DNA of 64,000 nucleotides from Nemertoderma westbladi (Eukaryota; Animalia; Xenacoelomorpha). Under the pieces are notes generated by a model. It was not told the origin of the DNA. It was given only the letters and a program-made list of their open reading frames with translations, and searched no databases. Below are positions 62,721 through 64,000 of the stretch, piece by piece. The DNA lies in NCBI GenBank assembly GCA_032718475.1, contig JAUCBJ010000002.1:27096-91095 (forward strand). The letters run 5' to 3'. How positions within the stretch are numbered: position 1 is the first letter of the stretch; each line of letters opens with the position of its first letter. A program made the position numbers and the translations under genes.

Positions 62721-64000
62721 ATCTGCTATATATGAGTTTATTAATATTATAATGAGTTTATATTTAGGCTAGCGAGCGTCGCTGCCTACCCCAATCAGCC
62801 CCCGGACAGTGCGAGATCCTCAGCGCCGATGTGTCGTCGCCGCCGTACTTTCGCCAACGACGTAGCCGCACAACGACAACGACAACCGGCACAAGTCACT
62901 CGACTGTCCGTCCCAAAGGCTTAGATACACCTCAGGTTTTACTGGAGAGTTAGGGTTACTTTCACAATTGCGACTTGCTACTGTAAACACACCTTAGTAG
63001 TAACATTCGCCTATAAACTCACAAATACCACACACACAACTTGTCACAAATTACACACACTCGGGTCACTTGTCCGTTAGTCAGTGCCTTCCAGAATGTC
63101 ACGTTATTATCATGTATCCTTGGATACTAGCAGTGCACTGTTTATTCCCTATGCTATTCAATGGGACAAGCTTTCTATTGTTCTTTTAACTCAATTCTAA
63201 TTCTAGCGTGGTTGTTGCTATGGTGACATTATGTAAAGCTAGCGGTAGAATTAGGGTAATTCCAATGCATACAGATCTGGGATGTTATTTAATAGTAATT
63301 CTTTAATGGTCAATGTCCTGTTTTATACATGACTTTATGAATTTTATCGGCTATTGACTATGTTTGGGAGACTTTCGCACACTCATACGCATAGTAAGAT
63401 AAATCTCCGCTCCCTTGATCTATTAATTAATGGAATTTTGGGAATGTTATAAATTGCGTAAAAATGGCAATTTATTAAATTCATTAAAAGGCATGAATTT
63501 AAATTTATTCCCTGAAATTTTATTATTTGATAATTAAATGGACATATTTTGATTCTAGAACATGTCTGGGGACACAAGATCCTTAATTCTATGAAAAGTG
63601 TCCTTTTAAGGATATCGGTAAATGCTACGATATCTTAATTGACTAGAATTGTTGAAGGATCTGAATTTTACAGATTTTGATTTATTAGATTTGCAAATAT
63701 TAAATAATTAATATTTGAGATGGGCACCGATTTATTCCAGAACTTGTCTGGGGACGTTAACCACTGATTCTAGAATTTGTCTTTCAAGTATATCGGTGGG
63801 TGCCGCGATATCTTAATCGACTAGAATTACAGATGGTCAAAGGGTTTAACAGATTTATTTTGCGTTATACGCTACTGTTAAAGGGACATCACGCTACTAT
63901 ATGTATTATTTAATATACGGTATGAGAGCAATATCGCACGAAGCAATGTCAGTGTGAAGAGGCAAGTCGTTTCCAAGGTCTACCCAGAGCTTGGTTTAGC

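Noticed and set aside
63550-63830. Diverged ~182-bp tandem duplication near the window end
   Set aside because: Only two degenerate copies, with no structure or coding signal to support a call.

Overview
This is eukaryotic, AT-rich, invertebrate-like genomic DNA, not prokaryotic. The backbone is a ~17.5-kb tandem segmental duplication (1-30808 vs 32043-48278). Each unit carries two intronless SLC18B1-like MFS transporter genes on the minus strand plus decayed LINE (L2/Crack-like, CR1-like, RLE/CRE-like) and BEL fragments; unit 1 also has a Helentron-type insertion. Of the four MFS copies seen, one is intact, one is open but cut by the window edge, and two are frameshifted. Two full-length BEL/Pao LTR retrotransposons are inserted, both on the minus strand. 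BEL-1 (9485-24084; 1.6-kb LTRs; GGTTA TSD; empty site visible in the other unit) is the most unusual object. In place of env it has an intact 866-aa ORF with a DEDDy/WRN-EXD-like 3'-5' exonuclease plus CCHC zinc knuckles. Its sense RNA carries three families of repeated structured-RNA motifs: six kink-turn/UUCG hairpins per LTR, dispersed loop-E/GNRA hairpins, and three long hairpins upstream of the exonuclease ORF. BEL-2 (48279-61437) has an in-frame 1659-bp duplication of RNaseH-integrase, a palindrome array in its 3' UTR and non-matching flanks. Neither element has a canonical tRNA PBS; both have a PBS-position sequence complementary to their own LTR, which suggests self-priming. All calls come from manual reading, with no database searches.
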